Shown piece after piece: positions 1 through 18,097 of a stretch of 64,000 bases of DNA. The position numbers and the translations under genes were made by a program. The notes below the pieces were generated by a model. The model was not told the origin of the DNA, did not search any database, and was given only the letters and a program-made list of their open reading frames with translations. The stretch is from positions 1 to 64,000 of the forward strand of contig JAQGDQ010000001.1 in assembly GCA_030141605.1 (NCBI GenBank). The letters are read 5' to 3'. Numbering within the stretch: the stretch's first letter is position 1; each line of letters opens with the position of its first letter. Origin of the DNA: Tubiluchus corallicola. Taxonomy: Eukaryota > Animalia > Priapulida.

Positions 1-664
1 CAAATCCTCATCTGTCACTATTAGTCGTGGGCCTGTGGTTAAAACCTAATTAATTATATTATTATATGCTCTCAGTATCACTTATCTCTTCTCGGATAAG
101 TTTCTAGAATTCTGATAAGGAACTTTGCAAAAATGCAAAGTGCTGGTGCAAATGAAATAGACAGTCTTGCAAAAGCAGCCGTTGTTGTTTGCAGAGCAAG
201 AACTAAAAAGCCAGGTACACAAAATGTATCATTTGGCATCTACATCTATAATTATCATTAATGTTTACTTCTTTCAAATGTTTAGCGAAAATTGTAGTTG
301 AGCTGTAATTAGTGTATTTTCGTTTGCATTACCTACAGATGGTGAATGTTTTTGAACCTTCACTAATAAAAGGAAAATGGTTCTGATAAATCCTTGTACT
401 GTTTCTCAGCCAAGATTTCTGCTAAACAGTCAGTCCAGTCCCTGCTAACGGAGTGTAAGTCACGTGCGAGGTGTATCTATTATACAATGCCATATTTTTG
501 TAGGCAATTTCCTGATTCATGTACCAATTACGTCTACGACGAAATTGAAACTTTTTGCATCATTGTTGTAATGATTCGTAGCTAAGGAAGCGACGACAGA
601 TAAACATATTGCTATGATAAAAATATTTATCTATGCGAACTGCACATTAACGTAAACTCGTAAA

Positions 665-2500
665 GTGACACTAAAAGTATGGTACAGTGCATTAGGCATC
701 CGCACGTCAATACGATTCAGAATGAAGATAACCGTTATTGCCAGGCGATACAAGAAAATGACTTTGCAGACCTTTCAACCAAAGAAACAATTAATTGTAG
801 AAGGAAATGATGGTCTAATTACTGATGCTCAACAGCAAACTGAAACCATAGCAGAATTTTTTCAACGAATTTTTAATGATGAAAATGCACCTGGGGTTAA
901 AAGGACTCACTATCCAATGAAAGTTCCATTTACCAAAGAAGAAGTAAAGCATGCGGCAAAATCATTGAAAAATAACAAAAGCCCGGGCACTGATGAATTA
1001 AATGCTGAGTTAGTCAAGTATGGATCAGAAAATTTATATGCAGAAATTGCTGAAATTCTAAACAATATTTCCAAAACAGGCACATTTCCACGGTATATTC
1101 AAAAAGGAATACTTATCCCTTTATCCAAGCCAGGCAAGAAACGAGGTCTTATAGAATATCTTAGACCATTGATGTTGTTTACATTAATAAGGAAGATTTT
1201 GGCTATCTGTATGTTGACTAGGATCTATGACAGGTTACACACTTACATTCCAACAAGCCAAGCAGCATATCAACCAGGACGGAATACTACTGAATTAGTA
1301 CAAGCCTGTAAATTACTAGCTGAAAAAGCCATCTCTTCTGCTGATTACTCAATATATATCCTCATGATCGATATTTCAAAGGCCCTTGATTGCGTTAGGA
1401 GAAAAACTCTGCTTTGCTATCTGGAAGAAATCCTTGAACCTGATGAAATGTACATCATAAGTATAATGTTAGAAAATCTATTAATTCAAGTCAAGTGTGA
1501 AGGGAAATTGAGTCAGCCATTTTCTACAAACAAAGGAGTACCTCAGGGTGACTGTCTAAGCCCTGTACTTTTTACTTTATATCTTGCCATAGCTCTCACT
1601 GAGGACAAAGTTATACCATTGAAAGACCTAGAAGATCACAACTACACAATTCTTGATCCTAAATTAATACTGAATGAAGTAAGACAAGAATACAGTTACA
1701 GCTCTCTACAAAGTAAGTCAACTATGATATCAATGCAGTATGCTGATGATGTGGCATGGATTACAAGAAACAAAGAAGAAGTAGATGAAATAAAAAACTC
1801 AATAGAGGAGAAACTGAACAGAATGGATCTAGTTGTAAACAAAAATAAAACTGAAGAGTTTCATATAACACGCCATGGTAATGAATCGTGGCAAAGATGC
1901 AAGTATCTCGGTAGTCTGCTGGCAACTGAGGACGACATATTAAGACGGAAGATAATGGCATTATTAGCTTACTCAAAACTCACAAAAGTCTTTGAAAATA
2001 AAAAGATATCTTTGGAAACAAAAATTAGAGTATTCTCAGCCTTAGTTGAAACTGTATTTCTGTATAACTCTGAGCTCTGGACATTAAAAGCAAATCATAA
2101 AGATGAAATTGATGCATTTCAAAGGCGAAATTACAGAAACATTTTGGGTATTAGATGGCCAAAGAAAATTTCAAACAAAGATCTATATGAAAAAATAAAA
2201 GAAGAACCTTGGACAAGAAAAATAAAAAGATGCCGTTTAAGATGGATTGGGCATATGCTTAGACTACCTGATGATGTTCCAGTGAAGATAGCTCCTCAAC
2301 AAGTCATAGAACTAGCTAAAAAACCTGCAGGAGGACAAATGTTAACATACTTAGATTTTGCACAGAAAGATTTAAACACTTCAGCATTGATCCTTAGAAA
2401 TAAATCCACTTGGGGCATTGCAGCGTGTAGGGAGTCCTGGCATAGAGAGGTGAGCAGAATCATGTCCCTGGACGAGTGATTCATTGAAGAAGAAAGAAGA
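665..2500 (+). mobile_element. 5'-truncated RTE-clade non-LTR retrotransposon (reverse transcriptase, no endonuclease), probably inside a PIP4K2 intron
   Basis: The 604-aa ORF carries RT motifs NNKSPGTD, YLRPLML, QAAYQPGR, DISKALD, GVPQGDCLSP, QYADD and YLGS, plus the RTE-type C-terminus RLRWIGHMLR. A short GAA-rich tail follows at about 2486-2500. No APE domain and no clear TSD; true homology probably starts near 720-780. Confidence 0.88.
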
Positions 2501-3496
2501 TGAAAATTCGGCGCCTCACATGCTTGTAATTTTTAATAATTCTACTTTTTCTATTCTATTCTAATTCTATTCAATATTTTATCCACTTTTTCGTGTAATT
2601 ACTCTAAATAACTAGAAGAGCAAAGTGAAACTGTTGTATAATGGTAAGCAATAAGCAAGGTACGTGCCAATTTCGATATGATAACGAAAAACGAATTTTT
2701 CGCATCAATATGACAATCGATAATTATTGATACGCTTTGTTATCATTAACATCCCTAATTACAGTTTCTGCATAATTAGTCATGCGGATTTGTATTTAGA
2801 TTGGCTTGCTACTCAGTCATTAGTAGTGTTGGGTTTTTTAACCACAGTGCTAAAACGATGTCCTTTGGTTGTCTTCCTGTATAACTTATGTACGGGTGAA
2901 AAGTTCCAAAGCAGAAAAAGAAAATATATGGGTGTAAAACTCAAAAATGTAGATTATTTTATCATGCATTTTTCTTATTGCAGAATCATTACAAAAAGAA
3001 AAAAATCATTCAGCTAGCTGCTTTATGTGGCAGAAAGGACAGACTTATCATAGCAATATTCTAACATCTTTGTTGCTCCACTGTTCTCTGAATTTCTGTT
3101 ACTTTTAGCATATTTTAGAACAAAACTATTAAATGGGGTTTCATGATGTTTATTTATGTTGAACGTTCATTAGACAATCTATAACAATGTTTACCTAATA
3201 ATGAAATGCCTTACACTAGTAAGGTTTGTCTGTGATTTGCTGTCCTTTCTACCTTAAATATGAAGATTGAAGTTCTTTACAAGGGTAATTTGTTTAGTGA
3301 ATTTGTTTAGTTAATTTGAAATAATGAAGACTGGTAATTTGTGCAGTTCACATGTCATCTTTTCTCTACTAATGAAGAAATTTTTTTAAATGTGAACAGC
3401 ATCGTGCAGCATTATAAGCATGCACCTGCTTTTACTTAATGTATCCTTAATACTTACTTAATGTATTTCATACTTCTGCTTATTTGCTGGTTGTAG

Positions 3497-6400
3497 CGAT
3501 CATTAACGAAAGAGCAGCCAGTTACGTCGGATGCGCAAGGTCGCAGTGGAGCAAGGTTTCTCATCTCACATGACAGAAGTTTTGTAATAAAGACGATGGT
3601 CAGTGAAGAGGTTGAACAGTTGCATAGTATACTCAAAGCCTATCACCAGGTGTTCACTTTATGCTGCAACATTTTTTCAAATGTAGAATTCTTGTTCTAA
3701 TTAGTTTACATTATTTGTGTTTTATTAAATATATTTTGAACAATAATCATGGTTGTTGGGTATTACACAGAAAATCAACAGTTACATCTGCTACTTTCAA
3801 TCTAAATTAAAGCATTATTGGTGCTGTGACAGGTAAACAGTCGCCTTTATAAGGTTTTTTGTAATTGTGTTTTTTGCTTTTAGAAATTGTTCAGAAGAAA
3901 TTTAAAATTTACAATATTTTTTTTGCAGTATGTGGTCGAGAATCATGGGCAGACATTACTTCCTCAATACCTGGGAATGTATCGTGTCACCGTGGATGGC
4001 ACGGAAACTTATTTACTGGTCCAAAGAAATGTTTTTAGCCGAAATTTGACTATACATGTTAAGTACGATCTCAAAGGTTCAACTGTGGCCAGAACAGCAA
4101 GCGAGAAAGAGAAGGTGGAGTTTTGTTGTTTTTGTTTGTTTGAATTTCTAGTTGAAGGTTTTAAAAGTTCTTTACTGCTCTAAATAACTTAGTTATTCTC
4201 AAAGTACATAAATAGCCAAGTCAGTCAGTGTGCCAGCTGGCTACCAAGCAGGACTTCTTATCCTTGGTCAAGCATTCTAGCTTTAATTTTTGTTTTCTTG
4301 TATGATTTTATTAAAAAAATAGTGGGAATGATAATAACATTCTCTTTTGCATTGGAGAGCATGAATCCTGTAGTTAACATAATGGTTTTGAAATTGGCAG
4401 CAAGACAAAATAAATTTTGTACTCTTGCTCTTCACTGTGCAAAGTATCAAATACCTAAAATTTTCAGTCTTTACTTTTATCACTAGTGAAACCAGTTTCA
4501 ACAGATAAAAAAGAATTGTGTTGAGTTTTGATTTTTATTCTTTGTTTTCGCCTTAATAAATGGATGGTAAAACAGATTTTAGTCATATTAAAATGTGATC
4601 AGTTCACTGAATTTTGTTTTAAAGAACTGTTGGCACCTTTGGAAATTTAGGCATGCACCTGATTTTTTGGATTAACAATGCTACTTTAGAAATAAAGGGT
4701 CGTGTATTATTGTTCTAACATTTATTTATTAATGCATTTTCATTGGGAATGTTTTTTTAAATATGTTACTGAATGCTGTAGAACATAAAGTTTTAATTGG
4801 ATATTGTGTTTCAGGCCAAAGAATTACCAACTTACAAAGATAATGACTTCAAGTCTGATAGAGTAGGAGTCAAAATAGGTAATGAGCAAAAAGCAAATTT
4901 TATAGAAAAACTACAAAGAGATGTAGCGGTATGTATAAATTTGTTGGGTGATGTCTAGATTTCTGTGTATCATTTATGCTTTTTTGTATCATAGTAGTCT
5001 TAATTCATTAAGGTGTTTGATAAACATTATGAATTATAATTTTGGTACTATGAAAACTTCAAAATGTTTCTGCCATGACTGCCACTCACTGACTAGCATA
5101 ACATAATGATGAGCACAAATAGTTTATTTTAATTGCTGTATAATAATGTTATGCTGAATGTTATTTTTTTGTTTAAAAAGTAGTACATCTACATCTTTAG
5201 TGTTTTCTGACTTTTCTCCTATACAGTTTCTTTTTGAAATTCTCGGAAGGTTTACTGCTGCTTGCGAACAATTACTGCTTCTTTGTACTGAATTTCTGTT
5301 TGATTTCTAGTTTTATGGCTTTTTATCTATTTGCTTGTAAACCTCTATGGTTCTTTCTTCAAAACTGTGCATGCTTGCAGCTAGTCTGGTAAGAATTGGG
5401 GTTTCCACATATATGTCTATCATTGTTTATAGCTTCACTGAATATTTACTGATAAGTTTTTAGTCAGGCCGACATTCCTGTCACCTACTGACAATCCAAT
5501 ATAGACAAAAATAATTTTACCCCCTCCCCTAAGGATCTACGATTATGGGTACAGTGGGAGAAGAATCTGTTAGCTCAGTGCGAAGAATTAGAGTGATCTG
5601 TCATTTACTGACAATCCTACATTGACAAAAACATTTTATCCTTTTAAGAGGATGGATCCAGATCCAGGATCTACACTTCAAAATATCAAGTGTAGATCTT
5701 AAGCGATGAGTGACAATTTTTGGGCAATGGCTTGCGTTAACTGTCTCTCTCTCCCATAGGAGAGATAAAGGAAGAATCCAGGATGGAGGGTATAGTGGGA
5801 GAATTTGAGTTCGCTCAGTGTGAAGAATTTACAGTGACCTGTCACCTATTGACAATCCAACATTGATAAAAATATTTGAACCGCTTCCTCAAGGGGGGAG
5901 AGCAGATCCAGGATTTTAACAATGCAACTATAGTGTTATAAAAGCAGGTTTTGCCCAGTAAATGTCATTGTAGATATATTGAATTTTAGATGTTAGGTGA
6001 GGGGGGAGGGAGGATCCAGCATTGTGGATATAGTGAAAGAATCTGAGCTAGCTCAGTATGGGAGTGATGTGTTGATCTATTGGCAGTTTTACCTTGACGA
6101 AAATATTTTACCTTTTCTCTCCCTAGAGCTCTCAGTTGGGTGGGTGTATCCAAGTTTTTAACAATTGCAACTATAGTGTTATAGAGGCATGTTTTGTTGT
6201 GCAAAATGTCATGTAGATGTTAAGTGATGAGTGAGGGGAGGGAGGGAGGATCCAGGATGGCGTGTATAGTGGAATAATTTGAGTCACTCAATGAGAGGAA
6301 TTACAGTGATTTGTTGTCTACTGGCAATCCGAAAATTTTTGACCCATGGGAGGAAGGATCCAGGATTTGAACAATTGCAACTATTGTATTATAAATGCAG

Positions 6401-8438
6401 ATTTTGTCTTGCAAAATGTCAAGTGTAGGTGCTAGATCAGTGGTTCGCAAACTTTCTCGGACCATTACCCAAATCGGGAAACCCGGTCGTGTCCATTACC
6501 CCCCACCTAGTACTACTTCTCCATCTCAAAAAGTAAACACACGTATATGCCACAAGCAAGGCCCGCTAGCAACTAAAACTGACGCACAAAAAGCTACGTA
6601 TCCAGACATAATTTTAGACAGATTTCGGAAACACTGTGAGCCAAAATGACATTTTTCATTTCTGATTTAATGTTGATTGGTATCATAATGTGAAATATAT
6701 TTTATATGTACATAGAGGAACACTATGCTAATCAACTATTATGTACAGTATGTATATACATATAGACTAACTTCGTTATATTCCCGTTATCTCGCCTCTC
6801 GCCAAAAATTTGCCCTAGATGGACAGTGGCGAGATAACGAGGTTAGATTGTACGTAAAATGCATTCCAAGCGAAGTTTTAAAAATTTTCAGAGGGGTGCC
6901 CGTTACCCCCCAAAAAAACCATATTACCCCCCGGAGGGTAATTTACCCCTACTTTGGGAACCACTGTGCTAGATGATGGATGAGAACTTAGATGACATTT
7001 AAATATTGTGGTATTGTCAAATGTGGTCTGAAATGCCAGTTGTACGAAATTTTGACATGATAGCTGTCTGACTTTGTTTGACCAGGCAAACAAAGAGGAC
7101 GATTGCTAGGAAAATTAGTGCTCTTTGTATAGCTTTATTGCCTATGAGAGTTTGGTGAATCAAATAAGGCCGAAAAGAACAATTTTGTGTTAAACTTGAT
7201 CAAGATTCTCAAGGTGTCAGACATGAGAGTTAGGGGACCTTGTTTCAATGCATTTTGTTGTGATTAATTCTGAATGCTGTGTCAATTCCTAATTCTTCGT
7301 ACATTTGACTACAGTTTTTGACTAGTCAACATCTTATGGATTACTCATTATTGTTGGGGATTCACGACTGTGAGCGAGCAAAAGAGGAGCAACAGCAACA
7401 GTTAGAACAGTCAAATGGTGTGGAAGAAGAGGAAGAAGATTACTCAACATCTGATGGTAGTGTAGATTTGAAGAATACTCCTCCTGATAGTCCACTAAGC
7501 CCTGCTGAGCAAGATCAATTCAACTACAACAATTTAGAGTTTGATCCAAAAACTGATATTTATGGTCTTCGATGCATTGAGTGTAAGTTTACATGGCTTA
7601 TAAGTTTTGTAAATTTGTTACAAAAATGTTTGATGGTCCGTTGATGGTAGTCATTTTCGTAAAGCTGAAAGATATTTTTGCATTCAATGTCTGTTTTGTT
7701 TAGTATCATGCTTTTAGGCTTCAACCATTTCAGTTACCTGCAGAGCTGCTTTTGTAAATCATTTGGAATCACGAACATATTTGTAGTGGTATAATTATTT
7801 ATTGATTTATAGAATTTTCCATTATTTTGCAGAAGTAAAGTGTTTTTAGAATCAGGAAAATTTGTTTGAGATTCGACTACTAACATACAAGATGTAGCAA
7901 AATCTGTTTCAATGATTTTCATAGGCCGATAATAAACTAAAATTAAAAAGTTATTAAATTTGGTGCAATTTTCTACAGGTTGTAAAATGATGTTATGCAC
8001 AAGTTTAACTGCCACAAAAACTATCAAATTTTTTTCTGAATTCTCAAAAAGATCCTAGTATAAAATTTGGCATCAGTTTAACACAGAAATTCCACTAATT
8101 TTCAAGCTAGAATTAAGGTAAACAAAATTTTATCAATAACCTTTTCTTTGCAATATTTGAAATGTGTGCACATTTATTAAGACAACAAAAATTCAGTGTT
8201 TGTTCATTAATTGTGCCAGTGACAATAAATAATAATCCCTTTAATTTTTTTAGCTTTACCAAAGCAAGAGATTTACTTCATGGCCTTGGTTGATATCTTA
8301 ACGCATTATGGTGCAAAAAAATGGACAGCTCAGGCCGTGAAAACAGTCAAACATGGTGCGGGAGCTGAGATATCCACAGTCAGTCCAGAACAGTATTCTC
8401 GTAGATTTTTGGAATTTATTGATAGCGTTGTTGAATAA
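3497..8438 (+). CDS. PIP4K2: Phosphatidylinositol 5-phosphate 4-kinase type 2, last five coding exons (5' exons lie before the window)
   Basis: GT-AG exons 3497-3649, 3929-4114, 4815-4928, 7315-7582 and 8254-8438 join in frame. Motifs: [51 protein letters not shown], and the type-II activation loop [14 protein letters not shown]; TAA at 8436-8438. Confidence 0.95.
5478..6437. repeat. Degenerate tandem repeat, roughly 235-bp unit, 4-5 copies, in a PIP4K2 intron
   Basis: Blocks resembling TCACCTACTGACAATCC, GGATCCAGGAT, GCTCAGTG and TGCAACTATAGTGTTATA recur near 5480, 5600, 5841, 6070 and 6310. Confidence 0.75.
6438..6966. mobile_element. Non-autonomous hAT (Charlie-like) element
   Basis: TIRs CAGTGGTTCGCAAACT and (rc) CAGTGGTTCCCAAAGT; exact 8-bp TSD TGCTAGAT at 6430-6437 and 6967-6974. 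Confidence 0.9.
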
Positions 8439-9786
8439 TGCATTTATTTTGTTAAAAATGCTATATGTTTTTATCTTCCACTAGTGTAAGCTTACAGCAT
8501 GTTATTCTGTAAAATCAGCTTTTATTTTTAAATGCTAAAATCCTGTTTCTTTTTTTCAAAATGTGATGAGCTTGGCCAAATTTCATTGTTTAAATGCGCT
8601 TCTTAAAGGATTGACCTTAACCCCTATTTGAAACATTGCTGGCATTATACTTTCATCAAAACCATTTCAGTAAATTATTGTTTGTTCTGATTAATGTATG
8701 AACATACACATAAGCAAACATAGTAACTACATCATATTTTCCGTCTACAGATTTATGAGTTTACGGTCGATATATATTTCTTGTGCAGTTTTGCCCAAAA
8801 ATATATTTTTTCCATTTTCAATTTAAAGTTTTATGAATGTGGCGCAAAGTAATTTCATTTCACCAGTGTGAGCTACCTGGCATCATAATATTTATTCTAA
8901 TTTGATTTTTTTGCCAGCATGTTCGAATAAGTGTCACTGTATGACAAATTCTGTAAATCAATCCAATTTTTTGTTAAACGTGTTGTAAGTAGTGTTTTTT
9001 AATTATGGTTATTAACACTTGAAAATGTTGTAGTCTTTGCTCAGCTTCGTTATAGAAAATTGACTTCTGTACAAATTGAACTAACTAAATGCATGTTTTT
9101 ACATAGGAAATGTGATAATTTTATGTAAGTGTTTTTAAGTCAGTTTGCAGCTGTGAAATAATCACTTCATGATGTCTTTGTATGCTCATTAAGAAAGCAG
9201 TTTTTTCATTGTATTTATAGTCATTTGTTCATCAATGTGTGCATGTAGTTATCGTTTAGCTGTACTGTTTATGTTTGTGACGCATAACCATTAATATCTT
9301 GTTGTCTTGTCTTGTGCAAGTTGACTAGGTCACAATTTTGTTTTTCCTCTTATGAAAAAGCTCTGATTTGAAGCTCTATGTAAATTGTGCCAGTATAACT
9401 ACTTTTAAATTAAATTTGCTAACTGGGCAGTCGTGCAAATGTTACTGTATGTTCCGCACTACAACAAAATGTCATGAAAAAACTAAACACTAAATGCAAC
9501 AGGCCTATAATTAACGCACTATCACATAAAATAGACAATTAAGAAATTGTCATATTGATGCCAAATGAATACTAGTTTCAGTTGAGAGCAAGCTTCATTA
9601 TTATAGCTGCAATGTAACTACCAGGAAACTTATGAACTGTTAAACTGACTGGCAGTTCTCAGTTGTTATAGACGAAAGGTAGTTTGCTGATGAAGTTTTA
9701 AGTTTAAAGATATAGTTTGTTTTCATTCTGCTGATTCAAAAATTTGTTGCTAAATGTCTGGTGTTTAATCTAGTCATAATAAATAA

Positions 9787-9971
9787 AGTCAAACCTCATT
9801 ATAACGTCACCTCCCCCTTTGTAATGCCAGTTTCGCTTAAAGCCGCCCAATTTTTTTTGGCGAAACAGTGTCTATATTTGCATAGACATGTATGTATTAA
9901 CACACCTCATTATAGTGTCAAACACGCTTAATGCCAACTTTTTTTGGAGACGGTATAAAGAGGTTTGGTTG
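9787..9971. mobile_element. Tc1/pogo(Tigger)-like MITE, family A copy
   Basis: Termini AGTCAAACCTCATTATA and TATAAAGAGGTTTGGTT; shares the internal CACCTCATTATA..GCCAAC..TTTTT motif with copies at 10826 and 58317. Confidence 0.7.
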
Positions 9972-10825
9972 AACTAGTAATATGTAAATAAAGCTTTACC
10001 TGGTAAATCTCAGCACTTCAAGCAGTAAGCATTTTGCTATCCAAACTGCATTACTGTTCTCTGTAAATGTTTCCAAAGACAAAACTTTCGTAGTTGAAAA
10101 ATTCTTTATGATAGCTGTAGATTGACACTGAACTTGGTATACTGTAGTTGAAGTATTAATACATTATGTGCTGTATGAGTTGTCTAAAAATTTATAAATC
10201 ACAATGTATGTAAATTTGATTATCAGATAGTAGCACATTTGAGCATTGTCTTAAAAAGTTTTTAAAATTAAGTTAGTTTTTGTTCTTCGAACTTTTTTTT
10301 CTGTGTCATTACTTGCCACAAAATGTAGATAAATAGTTTTTCAAAATCTTAGATTTGAAATCTGCTGCATTTTTGTTGATTTTGTAGATGTTTGTGTAAA
10401 AATTTTTAACTTTGTTTTCTCATAGTCGAAATTTTATTAAAAACAAGATTGTGTGTATTTAAATTATATGTATGTTTTTATTTTCTTCTAGTAAAATTGA
10501 AAAAAGGCACTAAACTTGCATTAGGTACTTTGAGAGTCTCTTTTTAAACTAGTAAGAGTGGCTGCATTTTCTTGGAGTTTCTACAAATTAAACCTTATGC
10601 CTGTGTACATTACAGTGAGTATGGTAAACTTGGAAAATTAACATGTAGATTCACATGAGAATCACGTTGGACTTGAACCTCATGAATGCAAGCCATGAAA
10701 AATTAATTGCTTTACATAGAATTAAATTACTGTTAATTTGCGGACTTGTGTTTGAATTTCAGATACTGATCATAAAAATGTCAAAAAATTAAGAGCTCCA
10801 GATATGACAGTTCTAAAACTGGGAC

Positions 10826-11005
10826 TATAGTCAAACCTTGTTGTAATGCCTTCTTTATTATAATGCCAACGTTGCTTAGCATCCAAATTTAGCAAAACAA
10901 AGTGACTATATTTGCATTAATGTACCTCATTATAATGTCAAACTTATTATAATGCCAATTTTTTTGCAGTCCCAAAAAACGGCAGTATAAAGAGAATGGA
11001 CTGTA
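10826..11005. mobile_element. Tc1/pogo(Tigger)-like MITE, family A copy
   Basis: TA-TAGTCAAACCTT ... AAGAGAATGGACTG-TA; internal sequence matches the copies at 9787 and 58317. Confidence 0.72.
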
Positions 11006-11731
11006 TATCACATCAGCCAGTGATGATTTTAGGTTTATTTTTTGGGAGGTGGGGGTAAAAAGATGACAAACGAAGTTATTTGTACCTAGTTTTCTTACAT
11101 CTTAGATACCCAGTACAAGTGTAAGCAATGTTGTAAATTTTAGTAGGTGAGTACATTGATTCTAAATAATGTGAGCTGTATTTGTATTTGTGTAAATCTA
11201 CAAATGAGTACACTAAAGGATACAGGCGCCTAGTAACAAACTGATAAAATTAATGAGGTTTAAAAATGAAAATTAACAATACATGTGCAAGCATAACTTG
11301 TAATTGAATTTGGTTTTATACATGCTAGATTATTGTTAGATTATAAAGCTTGCATTAAGTTTCGTCTTGATGCATTTTTATTGATTCTTAAGCTGCTACG
11401 AGATTCCAAAACCGGAAGAGGAATAACTGACAAAAACTTAATTTAAAATCACGACATCAAATAGTCACAAGAAAGGTCGCGTCTTAGCCCTGTATAATTG
11501 CCTTTGACAAGCATGGTTCCACATTCATATGTTCCAGTTTTTCACATTTTGTGTCTTTCTAATTTAGTAGGTATCAAAATTTATTATTTGTGGATTGTAC
11601 CATCATTATAAATAATTCATTATTTACTCATGGGAACTACAGATTCAAAATTAGTCGAAATAAAATCATTTAATTAGAATGCTGAAACAGTTACCCAGTT
11701 ATAAGTTGAACTTTGGACTGCCATAATCACT

Positions 11732-11997
11732 GGGAAACACTGCCCTAGTGGTTAAGATGTCAGTCTTGTAAGCCGAAGTTCAAATCTTGGCTGTTTTCTG
11801 GAACCTGCGCACTCACACGCTAAAATTTATAACATTGCATACAGTTGTACTAGGTGACTAAGACGAAGAAACTACAAATAACTTCCATTGTATGTCCCCC
11901 CAAAAAATAAATGCAAATGACTACTGGTTGATACAATATTAATTGTACCATGGGTCGGTACCATCAGCAGTTGATGGTGTAATTTAAAAAAAAAAAT
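11732..11997 (+). mobile_element. Degenerate tRNA-derived SINE
   Basis: A-box-like TAGTGGTTAAG (about 11746) and B-box-like GTTCAAATC (11778-11786), followed by a non-tRNA body and an A-rich end near 11990; no complete cloverleaf. Confidence 0.45.
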
Positions 11998-12646
11998 TTA
12001 TACTGCAGAAAAAATTTTAATTTACAAAAATTTTAATGCCAGTTTAACCTTTATTACAGTTGATAAAAGTTTAGCGAATAATTGAAACGTCTTGATTTAA
12101 ATAAGCCTATTGATTTAGCAAACGAATTTTGTGATGCACTATAATACAACAATTTACAACTTTTGTAAAGTATTTAAAAATCAAAAGCTTATTATTTGAA
12201 TGAATAGCTTTCACTATAATGAATACACAGTCCGATAAGCACCTTGTTCAAATGAATACAAAGAAGAGGAAGTACTGTGAAATTTTCCTTCTGGCTGCAT
12301 TGTGAACCCATGCTATGCATAAGATACATAAACAAATGGCAAGACAAATGTGACAAATCTTACTAGTAACACAATACGGCTAAAGCCAGCATGCCTGGTT
12401 AGCCAGTTGACAGGAAATGTCAAAAGTTGTTTAAAGTATTTACAAAACTTGCCATTTACAAATATCCATAAGAGCAATTTTTGCACACGCATTGATTTCA
12501 TTCATGGATCAATGAATTTCACATGCTGAACATCATAAAGTTCTGCATGAACATGCTAAACAAGGCAAACTTTCACACAAATATAATAATCAGCTTATAT
12601 CTAAATATTCTAGCAAATGCAACAATGTTCTGTGTTGCAGTTGAAA

Positions 12647-17542
<4,896 letters not shown>

Positions 17543-18097
17543 TTTACTTTGATACGAGTTCAGCCGTTATTAATAGATGTAATACAAGATTCGACTACAA
17601 TTTAAAATCTTTTCCGTTAAAAAAATGTCATAGCATAGTTGTGTCCAGTTTTTGCTTGATTGCTTTTGTGTTTACTTGTCTCGACGGCTGAATTCTTTTA
17701 TTTTGAATTTCGCCTAATATCTGCCTAATATCTACATGATGATGATAAAAACTTTATTGGGTTCGTTAGGTTTAGCAAAAATTAGCAAGCAGTGATTAAC
17801 TGTAACATGCTTTGTAGTTTTTAAAAGTTTTGTTTTACAAATTTTGCTCAAAAAATTTAAAACTAATTTTACATAATTATTATTCTTCAATTTTATTTTA
17901 AATCGTAGGCTTTGTTTGCTTGAGAATTGTTGAGATTTGTTGTCATTAGCAACATAATTTGTGCGCTCTAAATGTCTACAACAGACGGAATGAAATTGTG
18001 GAAAATAGAAGAATTTTTGGGACCTGTAAATACGAAAAGCATTTCTGAATGACTATTTTCAGATTATTACTTTCAACTTTAGTAAACTATTAGTGGT
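17543..18097. promoter_or_regulatory. Divergent (bidirectional) promoter region for CISD3 and SPAG6 with a candidate RFX X-box
   Basis: The two ATGs are 555 bp apart, head-to-head. GTTGTC-ATT-AGCAAC at 17939-17953 is one mismatch from the X-box GTNRCC(N0-3)RGYAAC; a forkhead core TGTTTAC is near 17669. Confidence 0.55.

Noticed and set aside
11732-11800. tRNA gene
   Set aside because: A and B boxes are present but there is no acceptor stem or full cloverleaf; treated as a SINE head.
12248-12379. AG|CCGTATTGT.. open frame (PYCVTSK..) as a second CISD3 terminal exon
   Set aside because: It lacks DGxH and the second CDGSH motif; probably 3' UTR or intergenic coincidence.
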